This document shows positions 32,478 to 43,037 of a DNA stretch of 64,000 nt, piece by piece. Each line of letters starts with the position of its first letter. Within the stretch, counting starts at the first letter, position 1. Below the pieces are notes generated by a model. That model did not search any database. It was not told where the DNA came from and worked only from the letters and a program-made list of their open reading frames with translations. The DNA comes from Hyaloraphidium curvatum SAG 235-1 (Eukaryota > Fungi > Monoblepharomycota): contig JAIVFI010000004.1 in assembly GCA_025558095.1 (NCBI GenBank), positions 744,001-808,000 of the forward strand. The letters are read 5' to 3'. A program made the position numbers and the translations under genes.

Positions 32478-35255
32478 ATGCCGGCTGTCGGACGCCGTGG
32501 CTCCGCGGCTTCGTGGATTGCTGCGGTGGTCCTTCTGGTCCTGGCGGCCGTGGCGGTGCTGCCTTCAGGCGACACGTTGGTACCGTCCGCGGCGCCGATT
32601 AGGACAGCGGTTTCCCGCCCTCCGGAGCCCGGCGCTCGTGATTCCGACGATGGCGAATCCGATTGGCCCGACGGTCCAGCGGGCTCGGCGGAAACGGCTG
32701 AAAAGACCGCCGGAACGGTGCTGCTCGGCCGGGGCCCGCGGTCCCCGCGAGCGGCGGCGCGGCTCCCGGCCGCGGACTGGCTGCGCTGCGCAGCACCGGT
32801 GCAGGGCGTCCAAGTTGCCCTGCAAGCCGCCTCGTGGACGGCCGAACCAGTGTTCGACAGGGCGGTCGTGGACGCGCAAAGCGGCCGAGCCGGGGACGGC
32901 GGCAACTGGACCAATTTCTGCAGCCACGGCGGCGCCCTCGTCGTGATCCCGCTTACGGACGGTGCCTCCACCAAGGCGTGCGTATGCCCGCGACGCACGG
33001 CGGGCGCCAGGTGCGAGAGGCTGCTCCCAATCGATCCCGGGAGTTCGGACGCCCTGGAGGCCGCGGAAAATCCGGATTTCGGCGTGGGACTGGACGATGA
33101 CCTGCATGCCATTGGCGGGAGGGTCATGGTGTGCGCGGGATGCCCGTGGTTTTGGTCCCATGGCTTCGGCCAGGAGCCCGAAGCCGTGTTCGAGAAAGAA
33201 CGGCACGGGCTCATCCTGGAGGACGGCTCCTTCATCGCCGTGGACAGCGCCTTGCTCGCACGGCACTTCAACGAGACGAAGCCCCTCGTCGTGCAAAGTA
33301 CCGACGCCGAGGGCCGCGCGGCCAACGCGACCCTGCCCATGCCGACCTGGGTCCGGGCATTTTCCGCCCAGTCGGCCACACTCCGGGCCGTTCTGGCGCG
33401 GCGGCGCGAATCCCACGCCGAGTTGCGGCAGTGCATGGGCTCGGCCACGGATGCGCTGCTGTGCCTGGTCGCGTGGGGGGACCCCCGGGGGGGCGGCGAG
33501 CTCAGGGTGCCCGCCACGACCGTTGCTGCATGGGCGGGAGTCAATGCCCCGGGTCTGGAAGGGCACTACCTGGGGCTGAACGCGAGCTGCCTGGGCAGCG
33601 AGACGGTGGATGACGCATCGCTCTACGGGCCATGGGGCACAGAGAACGACGCCAGGTACCTGCACCAGCTGTCGCTGCACACCCTCCGCCCTCTGTCCCC
33701 ACCGCCGAACTCGACGGATTTTCTCTACTGCATCTTCGTGACCGAGCACCGCATCGTGCACACCGACGACAACCCGGATCACGCCCTGCTGATCCTCCTC
33801 GCCCTCCTGCCTTCCCACTACACGCCTCTCCGCAACAAGTACGCGATCCACGTGGACCTCAAATCCAGGGCGCGCTTCCGCCACTCGATAGAGCTCGCCG
33901 CCGAGGCCCTCGCGCTGGCCAACGCCCGCGCGGGCCGCCCGCGCAACCTGTGGGTGATCCCCGAGGGGATGTCGTTCCACGGCGGGTGGGGCGATGTGTC
34001 GCTTGTTTACATCGAGGCGGCGTGCTGGATGTTCGGCATGCTGGATTCGTACGAGGAGCGCGGGGAGAAGAAGGAGGGTCCGCGCGGGGAGTGGACGCAC
34101 GTGGTGAACCTTTCCGGGACGGACCTTGGCCTGTGGCCCAACGGGACCGTGGATGCCGGGTGGCTCAAGGAGGTGCGGAACGCATTGGTGGCGGCGAAGC
34201 GCGGGGCGCGATGCCTGCCGCTGCCCGGGCCTGCAGCGGACGAGCTGACCTTCGTCGGGTTCAACACACCGTGGTCTTTTGCCGTCAAGCTGGTGCGGGA
34301 CCGGGATCCGGGAAAGGGCGAGGCACGCGTGCCCGACCTTGCGCGCGGCGAGCCGTGGCGGATGTCTCGCTACATCGACCGCAGGCTGCACCGCGGCCAT
34401 TCGTTCAAACTGCCCCCGCGCGACGAGGTGCTGGGGTTCACCAAGCCCTCGCGTCGCGACAGCGTGGCCGTGTACGGCTTCCGCGAAGCACCTGCAAAGG
34501 ACGCCGAGCCGGATCGGGCCCCGGGCGGGTACGCTTACCAGCTCCCCGGCCGGATGCGCGTGCTCGCCCCCATGCGGGCCAACCCCGCCTACACGCAGAG
34601 CACGTCGCAGTGGCACGTCCTCGGCCGGGGCTTCGTGCTCGCGCTGCTGTCGGACCGCGAGATGCGCGGGCAGCTGCTCGGGGCCTGGCGGACGCGGCCC
34701 GTGCCGGACGAGGGGTACGTGACCAGCGCGGCGGGGTCGCTCGTGTTCCGGCGCAAGCTCGCGGTCCTCGATGGCAACGCGCCGGGGATCGGGCCGGGCG
34801 GGGAGCTGTGCACGAAGACGCTGCGGTACTGGGGATGGAACCACAAGACCTCGGAGGAGGCGAGCTTCGTCGAGAAGGTGCTGCGCGCGAGAAGGGCGTA
34901 TTGGAAGCAGGACGGCGGGAATTGGACTCTGGACACGAAAGCCGGGAACGCGGCTGCGAAGAAGGAGACGAGGGCTGCGGCGGCCGCGGACCTTGGCCCA
35001 GAACCCTCAGGGGGCCCGCTTCTGACTCTCGCGGCGCGCAAGCTCGTGGATTCCCGCTCGGCTTGCGCGCTGATGGAGCTCGTGACGGGCAGTAACGGGA
35101 GGTGCGCGGAGCTGGCCGTCCCGGCGAGGGAACGTCCGGCCGACTTTGCATGCGGACGGCTCGCCAAGACCATGGAGATTATGGGGCTGGATCCCGGGAC
35201 GATCAAGGAAGTGCCGCGGTGGGAAGGCTTTGGGGGCATGGATTGCGCTCGGTGA
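32478..35255 (+). CDS. Type II membrane EGF-like + GT14 glycosyltransferase, paralog B; intronless
   Basis: Same architecture as 7212-10028: CSHGG..CVCPRRTAGARCE, YAIHVDLKS, WGDVSLV, NLSGTD, SQWHVLGR, PDEGY. Confidence 0.8.
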   Translation: MPAVGRRGSAASWIAAVVLLVLAAVAVLPSGDTLVPSAAPIRTAVSRPPEPGARDSDDGESDWPDGPAGSAETAEKTAGTVLLGRGPRSPRAAARLPAADWLRCAAPVQGVQVALQAASWTAEPVFDRAVVDAQSGRAGDGGNWTNFCSHGGALVVIPLTDGASTKACVCPRRTAGARCERLLPIDPGSSDALEAAENPDFGVGLDDDLHAIGGRVMVCAGCPWFWSHGFGQEPEAVFEKERHGLILEDGSFIAVDSALLARHFNETKPLVVQSTDAEGRAANATLPMPTWVRAFSAQSATLRAVLARRRESHAELRQCMGSATDALLCLVAWGDPRGGGELRVPATTVAAWAGVNAPGLEGHYLGLNASCLGSETVDDASLYGPWGTENDARYLHQLSLHTLRPLSPPPNSTDFLYCIFVTEHRIVHTDDNPDHALLILLALLPSHYTPLRNKYAIHVDLKSRARFRHSIELAAEALALANARAGRPRNLWVIPEGMSFHGGWGDVSLVYIEAACWMFGMLDSYEERGEKKEGPRGEWTHVVNLSGTDLGLWPNGTVDAGWLKEVRNALVAAKRGARCLPLPGPAADELTFVGFNTPWSFAVKLVRDRDPGKGEARVPDLARGEPWRMSRYIDRRLHRGHSFKLPPRDEVLGFTKPSRRDSVAVYGFREAPAKDAEPDRAPGGYAYQLPGRMRVLAPMRANPAYTQSTSQWHVLGRGFVLALLSDREMRGQLLGAWRTRPVPDEGYVTSAAGSLVFRRKLAVLDGNAPGIGPGGELCTKTLRYWGWNHKTSEEASFVEKVLRARRAYWKQDGGNWTLDTKAGNAAAKKETRAAAAADLGPEPSGGPLLTLAARKLVDSRSACALMELVTGSNGRCAELAVPARERPADFACGRLAKTMEIMGLDPGTIKEVPRWEGFGGMDCAR

Positions 35256-35363
35256 TGTGGTGGTTGTGCGGCAGCAAAGGAACTTTTAGTCGGCATTGCA
35301 AAGCTCTCCCCCTTGTCCAGCCCAGCTCGCTTTGGCATCGATACCGATCCAAGTCATGAACCC

Positions 35364-35665
35364 ATTTCCAGGGGCGAAAATCCGGCAGGCCCAGGATTTC
35401 TACGGGCGGAAAGTCTTGCAGGCGTGATTTCCGCGTCCGGAAATTGGACAGCCCTGGATTCCCGCGGGCGGTGACCGAGGCCTTCCTCGATTTCCGTGCC
35501 ACGAAAGAGCGTATGATCGGCCTGACTTTGCTTGGCGATCCAGTATGGCGTCTCGTTTCTGGGCGCGGAAATCAGGAGGTCGCCCGTTTCCGCGCCCGGA
35601 ATCACGCAGGCCCCCGATTTCCGCGCGCGGTAATAGGTTTCCTCACGATTTCCGTGCGCGATAAA
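35364..35665. repeat. Periodic array (31-32 bp) of an imperfect 18-bp palindrome, ATTTCCG-N4-CGGAAAT
   Basis: Units start at 35364, 35396, 35427, 35458, 35490, 35555, 35586, 35617 and 35648, with one degenerate slot near 35525. Adjacent units are separated by 13-14 bp variable linkers. Confidence 0.8.
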
Positions 35666-36236
35666 TTGAGCCGATACGAACGAAAGAGACTGAAAGGCGC
35701 TCAATGGGCGCCGAAACCTCGGAAAGTCCCCTCCGACAATCGGCGATCCGACGTCCACCTCCCGTCTAGCGTGCACCAAACCGCACCACATGCTCGGGAT
35801 CCCTTCGCAACAGACAATGAATTGGATTTCCTAATTTTGGTGGCTCGGCAATGGACGGAACGGCCCGCTTTGATCTGTTGAGGGGTCTTCGGGCGGGAGT
35901 GGTCCCCCGGACCTGACAAACGCTCCATGGATTCGCGTCCACCACGGGCGCATCGACGCATTAGCCCGGCATCGAGGGGTCGGAAGTGCTCAAAATTGAC
36001 CTCAGGATACTTGTCCGCTGCGAGCGAAGACGTGGCCGTGGTGTTCGGGCGGCACTGCGGACGGTTTTCTTGATGATGTGCGATCCCGCCAGCCAGACAT
36101 GATGCCTTTGCGCGGCCGATTGCCTGGCTTTGCGCGCAGGACAGCAAAATTGAGCCGCGGATCGAAGCGACTTCCAATCGGACACCTGTCGCCCTTCCTG
36201 CCTGCCGGCCAGCACTTCCTCCCGACCGCCGGAACC

Positions 36237-37064
36237 ATGGGCTACGACGACAAGACGCGCCAGATGCTCCTCTGGGCCCACTCGCTCGCCCTGCTCGCCG
36301 GCATAACCTCGCTCGCGCTGAGCTTCTACGCCTTCGGCGCCGGGTTCTGGTACTCCTCCCCCGGCACCTTTGCCTTCAGTGGGTCCCGGGCCCGCGCGGC
36401 GAAACCCGCCAGACGGAGCTGACCCCTGTCCCTCGACTTGCCGCAACGCACCTTCCCCTCCTTCCCCCAGCCCTCCTCGAGCTGTTCCTCGGTGTCTTCG
36501 CCATCATCGGCGCCGGCCTCGGCCTCCACGCGGCCGTCAACCCCGGCCTGGACAAGCACGCACTCCGCATGCGCATGGCCACCGCCTTCCTCGTCCTCGC
36601 CGGGGTGATTGCCCTCGCCCTGGCTCTGATCGCCACCATCGGGTACGCCACGACGAGCTACGAGGAACTGGCTGCCGGGTTCGCTAGCTCGTGGCAGAGC
36701 TGGAGCGTGGCCGATCGGTGAGGCCGGCATCGAACCGCCCGACCCCGCTCCCGGGTTCAAGCTTGCCTCCTCCCGTCCGCAGGACCAACTTCCAGCGCGA
36801 CTTCAAGTGCCGCGGTGCGGAGGAATGCGCATGGAGCTACTACAACTGGGTGCAGAACGGCAACCGCGACGGGCTGATCATCGGCTGGATTCTCCTCTCC
36901 GTCCTTGTGGATCCCTCGACCGCACGTTTTGGGAACCACCTTGATCACCCCATGCATTTGCACAGGCGACCTCGCTCGGCCTCCTGGGTGCACGCTGGGC
37001 GCACGCCTGGCCCGCCGAGGGCAGCGCGCCCGCCGCCGGGGAGGTTGACATGGCCAAGGTGTAA
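36237..37064 (+). CDS. Four-TM tetraspanin-like membrane protein; three introns
   Basis: The spliced product has three N-terminal TMs, a loop NFQRDFKCRG..EC, and a fourth TM (GLIIGWILLSVL-ATSLGLL), ending DMAKV*. Confidence 0.6.
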
Positions 37065-37194
37065 GGCGCGGCACAAAACTTTGCGGAGTTGGAGAAGAGT
37101 GGATGGGCATGTACCATCAGCCTAGCGACAACACGCGCACAAGCACCAGAACGGAACGCTCCCCCAACCTCGCCACGAGCCCCATCCGCACCGT

Positions 37195-39507
37195 TCACGG
37201 CCCCACCAGCTCCGCCGGCACGGGCATCAAGGCCCCCGTGAACCTGTCCCAAACGACCACCCTCCCGCTTCCCAGCTGCGCCATCCCGTACCCCCTGGCC
37301 GCGCCGATGGAAACAACCCCCTGGTTCAGAACGTCGGGCAGGACGACGGAGCCGAAGCGGAAGACGGTCCCGTTGGCCGCCAAGGCCAGCGCGAACCGCT
37401 CGCCCGCGGCCAGCCCGACGATCCCCTCCGACGAGGCGGGAAAGTCCCGGAAGATGGTGATGTCCTCGAAGAAGTACATGAGGCGGCCGCTGCCGGTGGT
37501 GGCCAGCGCGGCCCACCACCCCACCGCCATGTCCAGGACGTCGTTCCCCATGAGGTCGCAGTACCGGTTGATGCACAGCGTCCCGTTGGCGAGGAGGTAG
37601 TACGTCGCGCCCCACTGCGCGCCCATCCGGACCACCCGCGCCGGCGGGCGGATGGGCGCGGGGCGCTGCGAATAGTCGTACGCGTAGACGGCGCCGGATT
37701 GGTACGCGAACGCGGTCTGCCACACCCCGGCGCCGACGTGGGCGACGTCGGGTGCGCCGTCGTAGATTGGGCCGTTGTCCGGGAACCCAAACAGCCGCGC
37801 GGTGCCGTCCCGCTGCAGCACGACGGTGTGCGCGTCGCCGGCGGCGACCTCATCCGCGGGGCCCGAGGGGGAGATATCGGCGCGCGGGTTGCCGGAGGCG
37901 TCCCACGCGAGGAGGGTGCCGTTTTCGAGGAGCGCGAGGAAGTGCGAGGTGCCGCCCGTGAGGGTGCGGATCTGGAGGGTGGCGCCGGGGGTGCGGGTGG
38001 ATGTTGTGAGGGAGGTGGTGGGCGTCTTTGTGAGGGAGGTGCTCAGGGTCTCTGAGGTGGTGGCAGTCAGCGAGGAAGTGCTGGGCGTCTCCGAAGTGGT
38101 GGCTGTGCGCGAGCTGGTGCTCGAAGTGGGCGATTTGGAAGCCGTCGACGTAGTGAGGGTGTTCGTCGTGGTGGTCCAGGTGGTCGTCGTTGGAGGCGGT
38201 GGAGGAGGTGGCGGCGGCGGCGAAGGAGGAGGAAGCGGGGCCGGAGGCGCCGTGGTGATCACCCGGGCCGTCGTCGGCACCACGTGCACAGTTGTGGTCG
38301 TCGCCTCGGGCACCAGCGTGGGCACCGCCCTCCTCGTCGTGGTCGGCACCCCCTTGACGGCCCCCGGATCCCTCGTCGTGGCCACCTTCACCGCCGTCCG
38401 CGCGCAGCTCGCCCCGCTCCCCGCGAACCCGAACCCGCACACGCACCGCCGTGCCGTCCCGTCCCCCTGGCACACCGCCTGCGGCGCGCACCGCGCGCAC
38501 GGGTCCCCCGCGAGCCCCATGGCGCGGCGGATGAATGCCTCGCCCCGCAAGCCCGGCGAGACGATCCGGCCCCCGGGCATCGGCTCGTGGCCCCACACTC
38601 CCACGATCGACGCGCCCACCCCCGTCCCGCGGAATGCGGGGGCGCCCGACTGCCCCTCGGAGCCGTCGCAGGAAACGATGGCCGGCTGGGGGGAGCTGCG
38701 GAAGGCGCAGGAGGCGAGGTGGGGGGTGGTGCCGCCGCCGCGGGAGGAGGGGTAGCCGGCGACGGTGACGGGGCCGGAGAAGGGGGCCGGCCAGCGGCCC
38801 ATGGAGCCGGCGGGGACGGTGCGGGCGAGCTTGACTGGGAAGTGGTGAGGCGTTGGCGATCAGTCAGGCGAAAGGGACGGGCCGCCCCAGGGCAACCCAC
38901 CGACTGCCCAGTCGAACCGCGCTGCCTGCGCGGTGTAGCCCCCCGCTGCGGCGGTGCGGAACTCGGGCGGCACGTGCAGCTCCCTGGCGGCCACGCGGCC
39001 GTACGGCAGCCTCGCGCCGTGCCGGCCGACGGTGACCGCCACGGCGTCGACCCAGTGCGCGGGACGGCCGCGCGGGGCGTCCGCGGGGCGGAAGAGGCAC
39101 GAGGCGGCGGTGAGCACGAAGAGCGGGGCGATGAGGGCGCCGGAGCTGGTTCGGGGGGGTGTGGGGGGGCAGGCGGGCGCAGATCGCGGTCAGCACGTAA
39201 ACAGCAGTGCCGGGAAGTTAGCAAGAGGGGCCACGCACCACGAGTGCTGCCCGAAGCGGCCGCGGATCTCCAGGCGCGCGAGCGTGCGGAACGGGAACGC
39301 CGCGGGGGCGCCGACGGCGCGGCGGTCGTCTGCGCCGGTGATCCCGCGGGCGACGAGCGATGCATTGAAGTGGAAGGCGGCCGGCGAGGCGGCGACAGGC
39401 GGGAGGAGGGCGGCCGCGAGGACGAGGAGATGCGCCGCCGCGAGCAGCGCCGCCGCCGGCCAGCGCGCTCTGCCGCCGCCGTGACGCCGCCGGCCCGCCC
39501 GCGCCAT
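37195..39507 (-). CDS. Secreted multidomain protein: trypsin/V8-like pseudoprotease, EGF-like module, Pro/Thr stalk, RCC1/BLIP-II repeats; two introns
   Basis: Signal peptide; ITGADDR, FPFRTL, CSGALIAPLFVLTAASC, FDWA, VAGYP, CDGSEGQSGAP; CARCAPQAVC..CVCGFGFAGSGASC; Thr-rich tract; repeats such as VAAGDAHTVVLQRDGT and LAAGERFALALAANGTV. Confidence 0.8.
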
Positions 39508-40314
39508 CGCCTCCGCGGCCAATCGACCGGGATCGCCGTCCGCCGGCCCTGGGGGAACGGCAGGCGGGACGTGAGGCAGTGCGCCGGACCTCCAGCCGCC
39601 CCGGGCGTCAGACGGGATCCGCGCCCTCAGTTTGCGCCGGGTTCCACGCCCGCGCATCGGGTCCGGGGTGGGTCGCCGGGCGGGTGCTGATTGATCGGCA
39701 GGTGCATGGGCGGCACCGCGGAGGGCCGGGGTTCGCTCGCGGGGGGCCGAAGAAGTGCGGCCGATCGGCGCCTCGCCGAGCTCGTGACATGCCGCGAAAG
39801 CTCGCTCCCCAACTGGCGTTGTCGTCATGGTTGCTCGCTGGCCACAGGTGCCGGATCAGAGCATGTCAATGGCTCGACTGGCCACCGAGTCGCCTTTGGG
39901 ATCCGCTTGGCCGGTCGCGAAAGCCGCAACCTCTCGGCCTCACGTCCATGTTTCGCGTCTCGTCATCGACCTCGCCATTCAATGGGCACGTTTCGGCCAT
40001 GGCGGTGCGAGTCTTCCGACGAAACGGTCCCCAGGACGCGGCGGGAAGACATTTGGCTCCGGAAGCGAACTGCCGCGGGCGAATCTGCACGCGGAAGCCG
40101 GCTCGGAAGAGAATGCCGACCACGATAGTGTTCGAGCAGCATTTTTTGGCGTGCTGCCGGGGGCAGTGGCTGACGTGGGCGCCTCCATTCGACGCAATCG
40201 CTGGTTGGAGCCCGCGCGACCACTGGCGTCCGTTGTTAACCCCCGGCTTCCGCCCAAATCTCTGCCCCTTACGCGGTCTGCTGTCCGATCGGACCCCGCA
40301 TCGCGGCAGCGGAC

Positions 40315-41775
40315 ATGTTCGGCAGCACGCCGCCGGGCGCCGTGGCACTGGGCGGCCCCGACGGCGGCGGGGGAGCCCCGCGCTTCCGCCCCTTCCGCTG
40401 GTTCGCCCGCCACCCTTTGCGCGCCGCCGCCGCCGCCGTCGCGTGCGTGCTCGCCCTGCGCGCCGAGATGGACTCGCAGAGGGCGGGAGCGGCCCGCGTG
40501 GAGGAGCTGCGGTGCCCCGCCTGCGCGGGAACCGAGGTCGTCCGTCCCCCCCGCCGCCTGCGCGTCTTCTCGTACGTCGACCGCGCCTCCAACCCCGACT
40601 TCCCCGAGGCCGCCGTGTGCGACGTGCTCAAGGGCTGGGTGGCAAACAACCTGCACGGCACGCTGCTGTTCGGCCCCGGCCCGCACGTGCCCGGCCCGCC
40701 GCCCGGCTCGGCCGCGGACCCGCAGCCAAAGAACCCGGCCTACTTCCACCCGACGGTGGGAAAGTGGCTGCACACCTTTGCCTGGATGGCACGGCAGCCG
40801 CCGGACGACCTGCTCCTCTTTGCCGACGCCTTCGACGCCTTCTTCCAGCTCGGCCCCGACGAGATCGCCCGGCGGCACGCGGTCGCCGCCCGCGAGGCCG
40901 GGCGGGACGACGTGCTGGTGATGAGCGCCGAAGCATGGTGTTCCCCTTGGTTCTCGTGGGGGGAGCGCGCCGAGAAGCTGTGCCGCCTGTTCGAGCCGGC
41001 GCGGTGGCCCGAGGACGCGCCGCTCGAGGCCGCGGACGCGCGGCACGGCGCCGGGCCGTCGTACCCCGCCCTGTCGCCGGAGCTGCCTGCCGTGGAGGGG
41101 TCGTTCAACCTCACGGCGCGGTACCTCAACACCGGCGCCTTCCTCGGCCCCGCCTCGGCCCTCCTCCGCTTCGCCTCGCTGCTCCTCCATCTCGTTCCCT
41201 ACCGCGGGTTCATGGGCGGCGGGCCCGGCGATCACGTGGACGACCAGGCGCTCGCCAGCTGGCTCGCCCTCAACTCGTCCGCGTACCACCTCGGCCTGCG
41301 CCTGGACCGCGCCGGCCGCCTCGCCCATTCCGCGCACGCCGTGTTCGACGACGAGATGCACCTCGCCCGCGTCCCCGGCCTGCCTGCCACCCCCTCCTCC
41401 CCGCGCTCCTTCTGGCGCCACCGCCGCACCGGCTCCGTCCCCGCCCTCGTGCACTTCAACGGCGACGGCAAGCACCCCCCGCGCCTGCGCCACGCAAAGG
41501 GGGGGCTGTGGTGGTACAACTGGACCGCCGACGACGTGGCGGATGCCCGCGCCGCGGGGACGGAATGGTGGAGGGGGACGGTGAGGATCGAGGGGAGGGG
41601 GAAGCCGAGGCTGGCGGATTGGTGCCCCGAGGTGTGGGACGCGAGCGAGGAGCAGCTGGAGGAAAGGATCAAGGAGGAGGGGACTGGATGGTTCGGGGGG
41701 GAGGAGGAGCTGGAGGGGCCCACGTTTGAGGAAGAGGTGCCGCTGATTGGCAGGCGGAACCCCGGGAAGGGGTGA
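40315..41775 (+). CDS. PLOD-type (procollagen lysyl hydroxylase GT domain-like) glycosyltransferase, membrane anchored; intronless
   Basis: DDLLLFADAFD, VMSAEAWCSP, RYLNTGAFLG, DDQ, LRLD, LVHFNGDGK. Confidence 0.8.
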   Translation: MFGSTPPGAVALGGPDGGGGAPRFRPFRWFARHPLRAAAAAVACVLALRAEMDSQRAGAARVEELRCPACAGTEVVRPPRRLRVFSYVDRASNPDFPEAAVCDVLKGWVANNLHGTLLFGPGPHVPGPPPGSAADPQPKNPAYFHPTVGKWLHTFAWMARQPPDDLLLFADAFDAFFQLGPDEIARRHAVAAREAGRDDVLVMSAEAWCSPWFSWGERAEKLCRLFEPARWPEDAPLEAADARHGAGPSYPALSPELPAVEGSFNLTARYLNTGAFLGPASALLRFASLLLHLVPYRGFMGGGPGDHVDDQALASWLALNSSAYHLGLRLDRAGRLAHSAHAVFDDEMHLARVPGLPATPSSPRSFWRHRRTGSVPALVHFNGDGKHPPRLRHAKGGLWWYNWTADDVADARAAGTEWWRGTVRIEGRGKPRLADWCPEVWDASEEQLEERIKEEGTGWFGGEEELEGPTFEEEVPLIGRRNPGKG

Positions 41776-41873
41776 CTCCGGTGGCGGCAACGAGGGCGTC
41801 ACGGCAACGGCCTCGATTGCCGGATAGATACGAGCAAGAAAAATGACCCCGCCATGGGGCATTCCGCCCCGCC

Positions 41874-42798
41874 TCAGTCCGCAAACTTGCGCCTCTTCCT
41901 CCCCTTGTTCGAGGCCTCCTTCCCGGCACCGTCCCCGTCCTTCCCCTTCCTCTTTCCCCCCTTCCAATTCGATTCCGCTTCACCCGCGCCCTCAACAACC
42001 TCCCTCACCCGCCGCAGCACCGCCACCCCCCCGGGCACCGCCCCCGCCTCGAGCAGCCTCCGCACCCTTCCCGCGTCGCCGCGCTCCGCCGCGAGCTTGA
42101 GCGCGGCGGACATGGCGACGGGGCGGGAACAAAAGTATGGTAAGAGGGCGGAGAAGACGGGGTCGGGGGCGCGGACGGAGAGGGGGAGGAGGACGTCTGG
42201 CGGGGTGGGGTGGTGCTCGAGGAGGAGCAGGAGCGTGGGGAGCGTGCCCGATTCTGGACCCGTCAGCGTCAGATCAGGCAATGAATAGCTGCGAATGGGA
42301 AGAGAACCTACTGACGGAGGCGATAAGGGGGTCGCGCGAGGCGGAGAAGCCGCGGTCGGCGAGCAGGTGCCGGAGCAGCTCGGGGGCGTCGGCCCGGGCC
42401 GAGCCGGCGAGCCACCGCGGAATCGCGGCGCCGAGGTCGTCGGCTTTTAGCCGTATTGTCCGAATTCCAGCCTCGTGATCAGTTCTCCTTCCCGCCTTCT
42501 TCGACCTAGCCCTGTTTGCGACCAGCCTGTCCAGCGCCCTCAGCGCCGCCTCCGTGCACGCCGGCCGCCCCGCCGCCAGCCATAGGGCGGCCTGCGGCAG
42601 CGCCAGCTCGCGGATGGCCGACGTCGCCCGTTGGCCGCGCCTGGCGTCCCACGCGAGCCAGAGGAAGAGGCGCGCGCGGAGGGCGTCGCCCGCCAGGAGC
42701 GCGGCAAGGGCGCGGCACGTCCGGGAGAGCGGGCCCGGCGAGAGGGAATACAGGACGATGGGCTCCAGCAGCTCGGGTGGGAGGGCCAGTAATGACAT
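41874..42798 (-). CDS. F-box-like + ankyrin-like repeat protein; one intron
   Basis: MSLLALPPELLEPIVLY..LSRTCR; ankyrin-like segments LIASV-KSGTLPTLLLLLEH and ALKLAAERGDAGRVRRLLEAGA. Confidence 0.6.
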
Positions 42799-43037
42799 CG
42801 TCGGTGGCGGAGAACAGTAGGCGGAGAAGTTGGTGTAAACAAAGCGACGCGCTGAAGCTGAACTGTCGATCCGCCCGCGACCTTTCGATCGCGGGCCGAC
42901 CTAAAGGAGTCGGAGCTCAACGAGATGACATGGATTCATCGGATTCAGTTCCCGCACGGACGGTTCGTGATACAAACGCCGCCGCCTCAACGCTCAACGC
43001 CGTCGCCTCGACGCCAGTCACTCCTTGCCCACGCCGA

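Noticed and set aside
35364-35665. Interpretation of the palindrome array as a CRISPR array
   Set aside because: The repeats are degenerate, the linkers are only 13-14 bp and partly related to each other, there are no cas genes, and the context is eukaryotic.
37960-38360. GT/GGT-rich low-complexity tract as a satellite repeat
   Set aside because: It is the coding sequence of the Pro/Thr stalk on the minus strand.
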